This document shows positions 44,185 to 60,413 of a DNA stretch of 64,000 nt, piece after piece. Every line of letters starts with the position of its first letter. The first letter of the stretch is position 1. The notes under the pieces are model-generated. The model was not told where the DNA came from. It searched no databases and was given only the letters and a program-made list of their open reading frames with translations. The position numbers were made by a program, and so were the translations under genes. The stretch is from Eledone cirrhosa (taxonomy: Eukaryota): NCBI GenBank assembly GCA_964016885.1, contig OZ024760.1, forward strand, positions 16,120,001 to 16,184,000. Direction: 5' to 3'.

Positions 44185-44640
44185 AAATATGGAAGCCTAT
44201 AAAGACAAATAAATTTATTGTTGAACAGAAGAAGACAATGGTAAAAGTATTTAAAAATATGGAAGCCTACAAAGACATTTATTGTTGTGATATTGAACAG
44301 AAATAGACAGTAAAAACATATTCAAAGATATGGAAGGCTATAAAGACAAACAAGTTTATTATTATTTTATTGAACAGAAGTAGACACTAGTAAAAGTATT
44401 AAAAAATATGGAAGGCTATAAGGACAAACACATTTATTATTGAACAGAGGTAGACAAAGGTAAAAGTATAAAAAAATATGGAAGCTTATAAGGACAAACA
44501 AATTTATAATTGAATAGAAGTAGACAATGGTAAAAGTATTTAAAAATATGGAAGGCTATAAGGACAAACAAATTTATTATTGAACAGAGGTAGACAATGG
44601 TAACAGTTTTTAAAAATATGGAAGCCTATAAGGACAAACA
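44185..44640. repeat. About 70-bp tandem repeat (6-7 units)
   Basis: aaatatggaagSctataaRgacaaac...ttgaacaga.gtagaca units. Confidence 0.85.
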
Positions 44641-45060
44641 ATGGTGGGAGTACTTAAAAGAAAAAGATAGAAATAACAAACAGGAAGAGAGAGAAAACAA
44701 AATGAAATAGAGCTGAGGGGTAGTGAAGTGTGTATAAATCGATCTACTATCGAACTGTGGTGACTCTGTATTGGAAGCCACAGAAATGCTGTCTGAGAGA
44801 TCGAATAATGGACATCGTTGGTTTCTGCACAAAATAAAAATCGATTTAACAATTAGGCTATTAAAGTTTTTTTTCCTCTGGTGTTGTTGTTGTGGTTGTG
44901 GTTGTTGTTGTGGTTGTGGTTGTGGTTGTTGTTGTGGTGGTGGTTGTTGTTGTGGTTGCTGTTGTTGTTGTGGTGGTTGTTGTTGTTGTTGTTGTTGTTG
45001 ATATCGTCATCGCCACCATCACCCGTGACCAACACCCCTACAGCAACCACTATCACCCTC

Positions 45061-45096
<36 letters not shown>

Positions 45097-45131
45097 GTCT
45101 GTCTGTCTGTCTGTTTCTCTATCTATCTGCC

Positions 45132-45182
<51 letters not shown>

Positions 45183-45576
45183 ATCTATATATATATATAT
45201 ATATATATACCCATATATATATAATTCGATGGATATATATATGTATATAGAAAGAGTGAAGAATAACATGTTCAACAGTACAAAAAAAAGGGTTTTATTT
45301 ATAGTATTAACAATTGTTTCACTGATTGAGTTGTCTAAAACTTGCTGAACACTTGAAGCTGTGCCACTCAATTTTAAATACGGAAACCTCTTGTTGAGTC
45401 AAACAACGCCGTACGCTAAAACTATCCACAATACGGAGTATTCACAACCTCTAACTGGATTACCTATAACGATATTTTGTTATCCCTTATATATATATAT
45501 GTGAAAACAGGGAGAAAAAGGCGATTATTAGGAAGAAAAATATAATTTTTTTCCATTTTTTTTCCCCTTTTTATTT

Positions 45577-45630
<54 letters not shown>

Positions 45631-45660
45631 AGATCAAAAGATGGTTAAAGGAGTTCCATG

Positions 45661-45727
45661 TATTTTATTATGCGCATTTCAAAAACAAACATCATCATGC
45701 AATAATATTTGTTTTCATCAGATAAAA
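45661..45727 (-). ncRNA. Hammerhead ribozyme, family A (left arm of an inverted pair)
   Basis: Reverse strand TTTTAT CTGATGA ... GAAA TGCGCA TA ATAAAA. Confidence 0.75.
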
Positions 45728-45805
45728 GAGGAGAACATGATATGAAGGCTAAAAAACACTTGTGGATAGTGCAGTTTTAAATCAACATATTTAAACATTC
45801 TCCTG

Positions 45806-45872
45806 TTTTATCTGATGAAAACACAAATATTATTGCATGATGATGTTTGTTTTTGAAATGCGCATAATAAAA
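45806..45872 (+). ncRNA. Hammerhead ribozyme, family A (right arm of an inverted pair)
   Basis: TTTTAT CTGATGA AAACACAAATAT...ATGTTTGTTTTT GAAA TGCGCA TA ATAAAA. Confidence 0.75.
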
Positions 45873-45994
45873 TACATGGAACTCCTTTAACCATCTTTTG
45901 ATCTTATATATTGTATACTCCAGTCCTACAAACTGTAGAGTGCTTCTTATCCGATATCTGCATTGCTTTATTGTACTACAATAAAACTCACCTC

Positions 45995-46027
<33 letters not shown>

Positions 46028-46464
46028 TTTATCTATCTGTCTATCTACCTCTATGACAGCTGTATGTAAGCCAGAAGTGGAAGGGCCATAATACGATCTT
46101 TAATGACAATTACTTGATGTGAAACTAAAGATGAGCGTTCGTCGAGGTGTTTCTAGAAGGTTCCCAAAGAGAGACTTGTAAAGAAATCCAATAAAACTTG
46201 TCAAAGTGGAATTCCTGACGTAAATATATATCGCAGACAATAAATCCTCGATCACAAATCCTTTCAAAGTCGATTACCAATAAATGGTATTAACAAGTAT
46301 CGATTTCACATTTGAAAGGCATCAGCACATATACAGATCTATACAGCTATAAACACACACATACAGATACATTCACACATACACACACACATACACACAT
46401 ATATATGTGTATATACTGTCTCCCAAATATTATATGCTTCATATATACGCATAAAATACTATGT

Positions 46465-46505
<41 letters not shown>

Positions 46506-46724
46506 GTATATATATATATAAACCTATATAAAAATATACATATAACATATATACACACACAAGCACACATAAATATATATTTAACAAAGGTATTTGTACA
46601 GGTAAATGTATATATATATATATATATATATCCAGATCGATACAGATCGAACCATGAGCTGATCAATAGCGAAACGCGCGTCACAAATCAATGAAGACTT
46701 AACAAATCGTCCTTGTATCATTAC

Positions 46725-46764
<40 letters not shown>

Positions 46765-46982
46765 CATCTGTGTGTGTTTGTGTTTGTGCATGTGTGGTAT
46801 ATAATATCCATTAATAAGCCACAGAGATCTTCTATAAATCTGTTTACAACCAACGTTACCTGAATGTCGCCATTTTGCTGTCTAGGAGGATTTGAATTGT
46901 TTTTAGTTTCTCATCATTCAAATAGTTTTTCTTGGTTGTTGGTTTACTTTTTAGTGAAGAAACTGTGAGTGTGTGTATATAT

Positions 46983-47031
<49 letters not shown>

Positions 47032-47114
47032 GATACAAAAACAATAAGTCTAATTAGGTTCATGCTTTGTTATCTCATCTATGTGTGTTTATATATATGT
47101 TTATATGTTTATAT

Positions 47115-47163
<49 letters not shown>

Positions 47164-47823
47164 AATATATATATATATATATACATATTAACCATGGAGA
47201 TATAAAAGATACAGAAGTGAAAACCAACCCAAACCAAACAATGAGTGTGTTCTGTTATTATTTCTGGCAATATCATAAAAATATGACCCTCCCCAAGTAT
47301 AACAATATATATATATATATATTTATTAAAATAACAAATTAAAGTTTAAGCAAAGAATCGTTGCTTTCACCCTTAACGGGATCTGCTGAAACTAACAAAG
47401 TCAATCTGTGAACGCAGAAGTAAATATTTCAAAAAACGTTGCAACCGGAGGAAGACAGGAAGACGATACTTTGGTTCGTGGAAACGTTCCCTGGCAAAGA
47501 ACGGGAAAAAACGAATATAATACGTCATTATTTGGAGCCCCTTTCTGATCTGAGTTCAAATCCTGCCGAGGTTAACTTTGCCTTTCACCCTTACGGGGTC
47601 GATAAAATAAATACCAGTAATGCACTGGTTAATTGCTGGCCTTGTGCCAAAAGTAGAAACAATTATTTGGAGCGGTGAAAAACAATTACACGCAAAGACA
47701 AAACCACGTTTATGGTATAAAAGAAGTCGTATACTAATATTTGCTCTACGGTTCTTATATATTTGATATATATTTATCCTTATCGAGCCCTCTTTGGATT
47801 TTAGTCTTCAAATTTATTATTAT

Positions 47824-47914
<91 letters not shown>

Positions 47915-47984
47915 CATACTTCCTCAGTATTCTAATAAATATTGCCTGTACAGGTAATCAAAATATGAATACATTTTGGAGGAC

Positions 47985-48025
<41 letters not shown>

Positions 48026-48200
48026 GTATACATATATATATATATATATATATATTGAGTATATATTGGTTGTATACCAACACCTCAGTATGCAGATTGG
48101 AGCACTCGGCGAAGTGCGCAGGTTGGTTTGGTTACTCCGGAGTAATGTAAAATAAAATAAAATAAATAAGTCAAATGTTTAAAATTTGGCTTCGTTTATT

Positions 48201-48255
48201 ACTGCTATATATATTTCGGTGGCAGCCATCTTTGGCTGTGACCTCTTCAGGCAGT
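48201..48255 (-). ncRNA. Hammerhead ribozyme
   Basis: Reverse strand ACTGC CTGAAGA GGTcaCAGCCA-aaga-TGGCTGccACC GAAA TATATA TA GCAGT. Confidence 0.75.
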
Positions 48256-48288
48256 CCGAATTATTTATTTGACTTATTTATTTTATTT

Positions 48289-48359
<71 letters not shown>

Positions 48360-48581
48360 TATATTCCAAATTGAAGGATAAGTATTTAACCTTAATTTTA
48401 TTCTGAGTTAAGACTCTATTGGTTTTTTTCCCTGGATTTCACAAAATCTGTGGATAAAATTTCTGTCTTGACTTTCTTTGAATTGAGTTTGAATTATTTT
48501 CCCATATTTTCCATCTTGACGTTATAGTCACTTATATATTATGAAATACTGTTGGCTTCTTGCTCACATTAATTTCTCTAT

Positions 48582-48664
<83 letters not shown>

Positions 48665-49064
48665 ATATATATATATATATATGTTATATATATATATAAC
48701 ATATATATATATATATGTTATATATATATATGTTATATATATATATAACATATATATATATATATGTTATATATATATATGTTATATATATATATATATG
48801 TTATATATATATATATATGTTATATATATATATATATGTTATATATATATATATATATATATATATGTTATATATATATATATATGTTATATATATATAT
48901 ATATATATGTTATATATATATATATATATATATATATGTTATATATATATATGTTATATATATATATATGTGTTATATATATATATATATATATGTTATA
49001 TATATATATATATATGTGTTATATATATATATATGTGTTATATATATATATATATATATATATG

Positions 49065-49101
<37 letters not shown>

Positions 49102-49227
49102 ATATATATATATGTTATATATATATATATATATGTTATATATATATATGTTATATATATATATATATGTTATATATATATATATGTTATATATATATAT
49201 ATATGTTATATATATGTTATAAATATG

Positions 49228-49268
<41 letters not shown>

Positions 49269-50004
49269 TATACATAAATACATAAATACAATACTGAAAT
49301 ATTGTTCTCTATTTAATAGAGAAGCCGCTCATTAACAACCATGCTACGTCATAACGATTTCACGAAACACTGAATTATACATACATATATACATATATAC
49401 ATATATACATATATACACACAATCGCTAGTAGACGAGGGATGTATTTTGTTTGAAATTACAGGCCGCTGACATCACAGTGACGTCAGTGTGACGTCAGCA
49501 CCCGTTCTCTTCAAGTGTCGTCTGCTTTAGACACGATTAAGTTTATGATTTTGTGAATCATTGAACATGCCCGTGTCGTAAATCTAAACAGTTTCCATGT
49601 AAACACGATTGTTTTCCAATTGAGACCGTTACATAGCTTTATATTGCTCTTAAATTGAAGACTTTAAAATTCTATTGTCGTTTATTTTAAGACATTAAGG
49701 AATGCTGACATTTTTATTAGTAAATGTCTCTCTAGGGGTGGTGGATTGGCGGAGTCGTTAGAACATCGAGTAAATGCTTAGCATTTGTTCGATGTTCTAG
49801 TATTTCATTAACTTTGTTTCATTGACATCATAACAAGATAAATAAAGGCCCCTGAATCACATATTTGGTTTCTGTGGTATCGGTGGATAGAAAGTGATTT
49901 TCTTATTGTATAAGGATGTGGTTGCGAGCGTAGAGAGATTCATACATACGTATATACACGTATATACACACATATTCATGCATATATATTCAGACACACA
50001 TACG

Positions 50005-50072
<68 letters not shown>

Positions 50073-50174
50073 CATATATATATTTATGTATATATATATA
50101 TATTTATATATATGTATATATATATATAGATATACATATAAACATATATACATATATACGTACGGTGCTACATT

Positions 50175-50221
<47 letters not shown>

Positions 50222-50504
50222 GGTATCCCAAAAAAATGTATACACACTTCAACAGCATTCTAATAAATATTGTCTGTACAGGTAACCAAAGTGTGTATAC
50301 GTTTTGGGGGGGGGGGACACTCTGTATATATACATGCATATATTTATACTGTTCGATGCTTTGCAGCATGGCAACCAATTTTATTCTTCTAATCCAGGCG
50401 ATAACCGTCCACCCCCTCCCCTCGCTGTTAAAGGATTTAACAGTATCGCTACATATTCTTACTTTTGTTGCCATGTCGTCTGTGAAGTCGGAGAAAGTAA
50501 ATAA

Positions 50505-51130
50505 TGGTTTCTGCTTTAGGCATAAGGCCAGCAATTTGAAGGGTGGAAGGGGAAAGTCGATTAAATCGACTCCAGTGTATTACTGGTACTTTATTTCCAT
50601 TATTGAATATAGTTGACAAAATATCCTTATATATAACAGATAACAAAGTATGTCCATCATTGTATAACTTTGTATTACTGGTACTTTATTTTATCGACTC
50701 TCGTAAGGATGAAAGACAAAGTTAACCTCGACGGGATTTCAACTCATAACGCAAAGGGCCGTAACTCTATGCCACGAAGTATGTCGTCAAACGCTCTACC
50801 GATTCTGCCAAGCCACCGCCCTAATAATAATTGTCTCTTCTTTTAGGCACAAGGCCAGCAATTTGAAGGGGGGGGGGTCGATTAAATCGACCCAAGTGCA
50901 TTACTGGTACTTTATTGTATCTACCTCCGTAAGGATGAAAGGCAAAGCTAACCTCGGCGGGATTTGAACTAAGAAGGTAAAAGGCCGTAACTCTATGCTG
51001 TGAAGCCTGTTGTCCGACAATCTACCGATACTGCCAATCCACCGTCCTTAGGTTCTGACTTAGGCACAAGGCCAGCAATTTTGAGGGGAGGGGAAAGTCG
51101 TTTAAATCGACGCTCTACCGATTCTGCCAG
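50505..51130 (-). mobile_element. Cluster of head-to-tail SINE copies
   Basis: Repeated ggcacaaggccagcaattt...ttactggtacttt...ctctaccgat.ctgcca units. Confidence 0.75.
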
Positions 51131-51468
51131 TCCACTGTCTTTATATAGAAAGTAAATAATGCAAAACAAAACAAAAAACAAAACAAAAAGAATGGTGCCG
51201 AAATTAACTTGTTATAGAAAGCGAAGGGATCTACCTTTGAGTCTTCATAGGTGTCCGGATTAAATCTCCCCGTGCAGATGTTCACCTGTTTTACACACGA
51301 GCAAAGAATATAGCAAGTCTCAGACTATGAATCAAAGCATTCATGAACATGCATGTCGTACGCAAAAGAGATCAAAAAGGTGTCTCGCTTCCGGTATGAC
51401 CTTCTCTGCACTTCCGGCACCCTAACCTCACATATATGTACTTTGATTATATATGTGTATGTGTGTGC

Positions 51469-51514
<46 letters not shown>

Positions 51515-51692
51515 ACACGCACACATATATATATATATATATCATATATATATAATATATATATATATATATGTATACACGCACACATATATATATATAT
51601 ATATCATATATATATAATATATATATACACACACAGACACACATATATACATATATGCATATACATATTTCAACAGACAGACAGACATATAT

Positions 51693-51783
<91 letters not shown>

Positions 51784-52316
51784 TAAATAGATCGATAGAA
51801 AAACATAGATAGATAACTTTCTTTTTATTTGCCACCAGGGCATCGAAGAGTGGGACAAGTACAATGGGGGGAGTTTACAAAACAAGGCGTCCTCACTAAG
51901 GAGGAGGCAATAACAAAATATAAAAATATAAAATATAAAATATAACATAGATAAATAAATTGATAGATATAGATAGATATATAAATATAGATAAATAGAT
52001 TTTAAAGTCGGGTTATAGATTTATGTGGACCATTATTAACAAGCGTTGAGTTTTTATAGTAATGTTATGTTGTGGCATTCATGCCGTTTCAACTAAGCTT
52101 GTTAATAAAGCAATACATAGCGCTTCCTTTATGAAGGATTGATAAAACTCACCGGATATCCGCTTTTATCCTCCGGCACTTTCAATGGAACTCTAAGATC
52201 TAATAGAAAGTGATCAAGCGATACCAACGAAACTATCGATCTATTTGTTCATAAGACAAAAAAAAAAAAAAAAAAGATATATTTATCAATACTTTTGATT
52301 ATATCTGCTTGAGACG

Positions 52317-52386
<70 letters not shown>

Positions 52387-52408
52387 CATACACATATACA
52401 TATGTAAG

Positions 52409-52440
<32 letters not shown>

Positions 52441-52839
52441 CACAGATACATATATATTTATATATATATATATTTACTCCTTATACAAAATGGCTTCTGT
52501 TATATTGGAAGGAACCGATGTTAAACAATAGCCTGCCGTAACTACATCCTATCTTATTTATTAAATCGTGGTTGTTTCTGAAAACTGTGGTTGGTTTAGG
52601 ATTCTTAAGTCCATGATGGAGTCGTAACTCATGATGGTGTCATAGGGGTAACGTTGTGACATACAGCATGTCATGAGAACCCTGCATCTTGCGGCATCCC
52701 TCCCCTCTACAGATCTGAACAGAGTCAATTTTGGCTAGAGAAGGATATGTACCAAAAAATGTATGCAAAAAAAATGTACAGGCAATATATATTAGAATGC
52801 TGTTGAAGTGTGTGTACATATTTTGGGACACCCTGTATA

Positions 52840-52922
<83 letters not shown>

Positions 52923-53123
52923 GTATAACATATATCGGTTTGTGGTTGAAGACTAAGAGAAAAGAGTACTTCATACCGAAGTAGAGTTTTAATATTCATT
53001 TATTTGTGCTGAATAGTGATTCTCGTTACTCTGGAGTTTCGCCTGTTTATCACAGGGGCATACACACACACATATATATATATGTAACCCATGTGCAACC
53101 ACGCAGTATTCATTCTTCTCATC

Positions 53124-53202
<79 letters not shown>

Positions 53203-53402
53203 NNNNNNNNNNNNNNNNNNNNNNNNNNNNNNNNNNNNNNNNNNNNNNNNNNNNNNNNNNNNNNNNNNNNNNNNNNNNNNNNNNNNNNNNNNNNNNNNNN
53301 NNNNNNNNNNNNNNNNNNNNNNNNNNNNNNNNNNNNNNNNNNNNNNNNNNNNNNNNNNNNNNNNNNNNNNNNNNNNNNNNNNNNNNNNNNNNNNNNNNNN
53401 NN
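53203..53402. other. Assembly gap (200 N)
   Basis: Run of n. Confidence 1.
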
Positions 53403-54315
53403 CTGAAATGATTGATCTTGTATCTAAATAAGAAATCATTATTGCCAATCAAAGAAACGGAAGTGAGATTAGTCATGTGACAATGCTAAATATTGCGTTC
53501 TCTAACATAGAAAACCACAAAATTTACACTGAAAATATGTTAAGTTTTCTTACTACCAAAACCCGAATTAGCTAAAGTAACAATCAAAAACCCGGATTAG
53601 CATCAAAAACCCGAATTAAAAACCCTAAATCAAAAACCCGAATTAGCTAAAATAACAATCAAAAACCCGAATTAAAAACCCTAAATCAAAAACCCGAATT
53701 AGCCAAAGTAACAATCAAACAATCAAAAACCCTCAGTGTAATGTTAGTTAGCTCAACCCTCCATTTAACTTCAATGTAAAAATCAAACGTTTTCGATTAT
53801 TTTCCTAAATATGACCCAGAAACATTTCTTTAACGGGATACAAATATTCCAAACTTCCAAACAATTTCACCGGAAAACGTAAACGTTAGCTACTGAGCAT
53901 GACTCATACAAGAAACAGCGACGCAGGTAGAAGTTGCACTAAGTCACCTAAATGTCACCCAAAGAAACTGAATAAGACGAAGAAGCCGGAACAGAATTCC
54001 GTTAACATTTATCAGAGTAATGTCGTCAGCTTCGGCAGCAATGCTGGTTAGTGCAGCTGCCAAAATAGAAAAATTACAATCTTTGGACAATTTGTTCAAA
54101 CATATCATTTATCGTCGTTAGCTGAATAACAAATATGTATCCTTTTGAGTATTTCACCAACTACAGGAAACAGCTCCGGATATGGTTCATTCCTCTTACG
54201 TGTCATCAGTTACGCACAGACTTTGTGTACTTGCAACAATTATGTATCTCTCTCAATCTAGCTGTATATTCGCCTGTATGTATGAATATATATGTGTGTA
54301 TATATATATATATAT

Positions 54316-54397
<82 letters not shown>

Positions 54398-54771
54398 TAT
54401 ATTTAGAGTTATAAACTCAAACAGTCCTTTACAATTAATTAGCTCAAAGAAAGAAGCATTTCTGAGCCGTGAAATACAAGTTAATATAAATTAATATATG
54501 ATAAACACATAAGTGTTTGTATTGTAAAAGACGAAGTTAGCTAGAATGAAATAAACTAATTCAAATAAATATAGTCTGCCTGTCTCGATTTAAAATAATG
54601 AATCAATAAAAACAAAGCCATATTGGCAATCCCAGTGCATTACTGGTACTTTATTTTATCGACCCCGGCGGGATTTGAACTCGGAATGGCAAGGGCCGTA
54701 ACTCTATGCTGCAAAGCATGGCGTCCGACGCTCTACCGATACTGCCAAATAATAATATATATATATATATA

Positions 54772-54828
<57 letters not shown>

Positions 54829-54912
54829 CAATGAATCATATCTATCTAGTTATCTGTCTAACGATCAATGTATACACATTTCTCTCTCTCTCTCCTTCTC
54901 TCTCTCTCTCTC

Positions 54913-55004
<92 letters not shown>

Positions 55005-55066
55005 TATATATATGTATGTGTGTGTATTATTCGTAGTAGTCATACAGGCAGTCAGATACAACCACA

Positions 55067-55142
<76 letters not shown>

Positions 55143-55345
55143 AACATAACTTTACCTCCCTCTCTTTCTCTCTCCCTCCTCTTCCCCCTCTCTGCCTCAA
55201 CCTCCCCTTCACCCCCCCCCCCCTCACGTTCCAGAACATTCCCCCCAAGGATGATGTAAGAATTGACATGAAAATTCCTTGAAAATGGATCCGGGGTGGT
55301 TAGGGTGGATATGTGGGTATGTGTGTGTGTAGCACGAGTGTGGTT

Positions 55346-55386
<41 letters not shown>

Positions 55387-55447
55387 CATACATGCCTATA
55401 TCTGCATGCACATGTACACACAAACACACACACACACATATATATGC

Positions 55448-55517
<70 letters not shown>

Positions 55518-55522
55518 GTATA

Positions 55523-55879
<357 letters not shown>

Positions 55880-55901
55880 GTATGTATATATATATATAAA
55901 T

Positions 55902-55938
<37 letters not shown>

Positions 55939-55981
55939 CATAAATATATATATATATATATATATATGTACATACATACAC

Positions 55982-56023
<42 letters not shown>

Positions 56024-56703
56024 CACACATATATAGCTATGACCGACTATTGCCTTAAACTTGAACACCAACCGATCCACACGGAACGAACGCCGTACAC
56101 GAACACTGAGCCGAAGACAATCTATAAACCTATAGAAAACATAAAGTTAAACATCTTAAATGTCTCTGAATAGAGACATGGCGAACATTAGGGATAGATG
56201 GATGGCAGGGGTGGGTGGGTGGGTTGTGGGTGGGAGGGGTGGATTGAAGAGAGGGGGGGGGGAAATAGAGAGAACAAGGGAGAAAGAGAGAAAGAGGGAG
56301 AGGGGGAGAGAAAGACATAGAGAGAGAAATAGAGAGAGAACGAGAGAGAAAAAGAAGGCGAGAGAAAGAGGGAGAGAGAGAGGGGGAGTGAGATAGGGAG
56401 AAAAAGGGGCATCGAGAAAGAAAGATTGAAAGAGAGAGAGAGAGGAAGAGAGAAAGAGAGAGAGAGAGAGTGAGAGAGTGAAAGGAGGGAGAGAAGGGAG
56501 TAAGATAGGGAGTGAAATAGAGAGAAAAAAGGGGAAGAGAGAGAGAAAAGGGAGTGAGATAGGGAGAAAAGGGGAAAGAGAGAGAGAAGGGAGTGCATTA
56601 GGGATAAAAAGGGGTCTGGAGAAAGGTAGAGATGAGATATGATTCTGAAAGGTAAGTTTTGGAAAAAAAAAAGGAGTAAAACAAAATATGAACAACGAAT
56701 GAT

Positions 56704-56737
<34 letters not shown>

Positions 56738-57012
56738 CAACAACAACAACAACAAAAACAACAACAACAACAACACCAACAACAACATTAATAATAATAT
56801 TAATAGTAATAATGATAATAATAACAAGAATAATAAAAATATTAACAACAATAACAATTACAACAACGATGATAATAATACTAATAATAATAATAATAAC
56901 AACAACAACAACAACAGCAACAACAACAACAATAATAATAATAAAAATATCAATAACAACAATAACAAGAATAATAAAAATATTAACAACAATAACAACT
57001 ACAACAACGATG

Positions 57013-57073
<61 letters not shown>

Positions 57074-57171
57074 CAACAACAACAACAACAATAATAATAA
57101 TAAAAATATCAATAACAACAATAACAAGAATAATAAAAATGTTAACAACAATAACAACTACAACAACGATG

Positions 57172-57203
<32 letters not shown>

Positions 57204-57319
57204 TAATAATAATAACAACAACAACAACAACAACAACAATAATAATAATAAAAATATCAATAACAAGAATAACAAGAATAATAAAAATATTAACAACAAT
57301 AACAACTACAACAACGATG

Positions 57320-57362
<43 letters not shown>

Positions 57363-57372
57363 CAACAATATT

Positions 57373-57414
<42 letters not shown>

Positions 57415-58566
57415 ATTAATAATTATTGTTATAACAAGAAGAAGAAGAAGACGCCATCTTTCCCTTCTTACATCTGTCTTCTTTCAATCAACCTTCTTTT
57501 CTTTCCGTATATTATTGATTTTTCCACCGCCAGATGGCAGTTCGTTAAGTGCATTGCGATATCTTCAACTTCTTGCCATCTTTGAATTCAAATAAACCAT
57601 CATCATCATCGCGTCATAGTCATCGCCATCGTCCTCATCATAGTCATCGTCATTATTATAGTCATCGGCATCATCATCATCCTCTTTTTCTTCTTCTTCT
57701 TCTTCTTCTTCTTCTTCTTCTTCTTCTTCTTCTTCTTCTTCTTCTTCTTTTCTTTTTCTTCTTCTTCTTTTCCTTCTTCTTCTTCTTCTTCTTCTTCTTC
57801 TTCTTCTTCTTCTTCTTCTTTTCTTTTTCTTCTTCTTCTTTTCCTTCTTCTTCTTCTTCTTCTTCTTCTTCTTCTTCTTCTTCTTCTTCATAAACACCAT
57901 CATCATCACCATCGTCATCACCATAATGATTATCATAAACATCATCATCATCATCATCTTCATCAGCAGCATCAACGGATAGTAGCACCGACACCACCAC
58001 CACCACCACCACCACCACCGACACTACACCACACTATATACAACCACCATACCAACAGCAGCACCACCACCACCATCATATCACACCGTATGACATCACA
58101 CAATATACTGCACGTATACCACTACACTACCACCACGCCACACCACCACACCACCACACCACCACCATCACAACCCCCACAACACCACAACCACCACACC
58201 ACCATCACTACCTCCACAACACCACCACACCATCAAACCCCCACAACAGCACCACCACCACATTCCTACAACACCACACCACCACTACCCAAACGCACCA
58301 CCACACTACTACATCACTACACCACAGCACCACGCCACACCACCACATCACCACACCACCACGATCCCCACCACACCACCACATCACCACATCACTACAC
58401 CACCACGATTCCCACCACACCATCACTACCCCCACAACACCACCACGATCCCCACCACATCGCCACACCACATCACCACACCACCACACCACCACACCAT
58501 CACATCCCTACACTACATCGCATGACATCATACAACATGCATCCCTCTGCCCCCCCCCCCGCTCCT

Positions 58567-58618
<52 letters not shown>

Positions 58619-59693
58619 CTTATCTCATTGTTATTTCGCTATTCTATTCCGAACAAGAATACAAATATAGGTCGGTTCACCCGGTTCTTGTGACTCCAAT
58701 ACTACACACACACACACGTACACAGCGGGTCTCTGTTAAAGACATCCAACATCCCAGCGTCTGATGCCACACCTGGGTCACACATTTGGTGTATACCACC
58801 CCAAAATCCTGCTCTGTAAACGTGTTCATTCACAAGATTCAGTTCCATGACCACATATGTCCGAATGTCCGAATGTCCGAATGTCCGAATGTCCGAATGT
58901 CCGAATGTTCAAATATCCAAGATGCTTCAAAACTTTCAACATGAAACGAATTGTTTGCCATCCACAACACCATGTCTGCGCACATACATACATACATGCA
59001 TACATACATGCATACATACATACATGCATGCATACATGCATACATACACACATACATGCATACATACGTGCGTGTATGCATGCATACATACCTACATACA
59101 TACATACATACGTGCATGCATACATACATATATACACATATACATGCATACATGCATACATACGTACGTACGTGCAATCATACATACATACATACGTACG
59201 TACGTGCGTGCATACATACATACATGCATGAATGCATGATGGCTCCCTCCTCGTTATCGAGTATGGCCATTGCACAATATAACACTATTAATAATTATTA
59301 ATTGATTCTATCGTGCAATGCCTGTGCATGAGGATTCTTTTTGACAAACCACAAACCCTCCATCTCAATTCTACTTTTGAAAATCACAAGAACTGTGAAA
59401 CCGGTAAAGGAAATAAATAAATATTCTTAAAAAGACTCCATTTGCATTTTCGATTTCTTTTCCTTATACTTTCACTCGTGTAGGACATCTCGTTTTTTCT
59501 CATTAAAAAATACCTCATTTTCTTCTATATAACTGCTCTGTAGAACAACTGATGTTATTACATTGAGCTATTTATCTTACTGGTAATAAGGTAGTAATAA
59601 ATTACTGTCTTTCACTGTTTAGGGTTTAAAATATATATAACTATAAAAGGTTTTAGTATATACATAACCATAAATAGTATCCTTAATACTTAA

Positions 59694-59756
<63 letters not shown>

Positions 59757-59863
59757 TGAATAAATTGGATATTATACCAGTTTCTTACCAAATGCGAAGA
59801 AGCTCGATATATTAACCCCTTAATAAAGCGCAGAGAGCATAATTTTTTTAAATTATACATATA

Positions 59864-60130
59864 CAGTGGCAGTAGAACTGGGTGGTGGGCATGGCCCCTC
59901 CAATAATTGTATTTTCTCTCCAAACTACCAAAACACACATCTATTTGGATAAGTGCTACAATTTATGTACTTGTTATGTTTAGAGCAAATCGAAGTTTTT
60001 TTTACCATTTTAGTGTGCAAAGAGCTAAACCAATCACTACAACTAAATTGTCCAAATTTGGCAAACCCAATTCAGAAATGCTTCCACCGCCCTTGATATA
60101 TATATATATATATATTGCTTCCCCCGCCCT

Positions 60131-60132
<2 letters not shown>
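59864..60132. mobile_element. Possible PIF/Harbinger-like MITE
   Basis: Ends cagtggcagtagaa / ttccaccgcccttg, with the right end duplicated. Confidence 0.4.
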
Positions 60133-60192
<60 letters not shown>

Positions 60193-60259
60193 TTGTTTGA
60201 TGGCCATGTGAAAAACAGGCGAAACTCCAGAGTAAGAAGACTTGCTATTTAGCCTTAAT

Positions 60260-60330
<71 letters not shown>

Positions 60331-60336
60331 ATGAAG

Positions 60337-60413
<77 letters not shown>

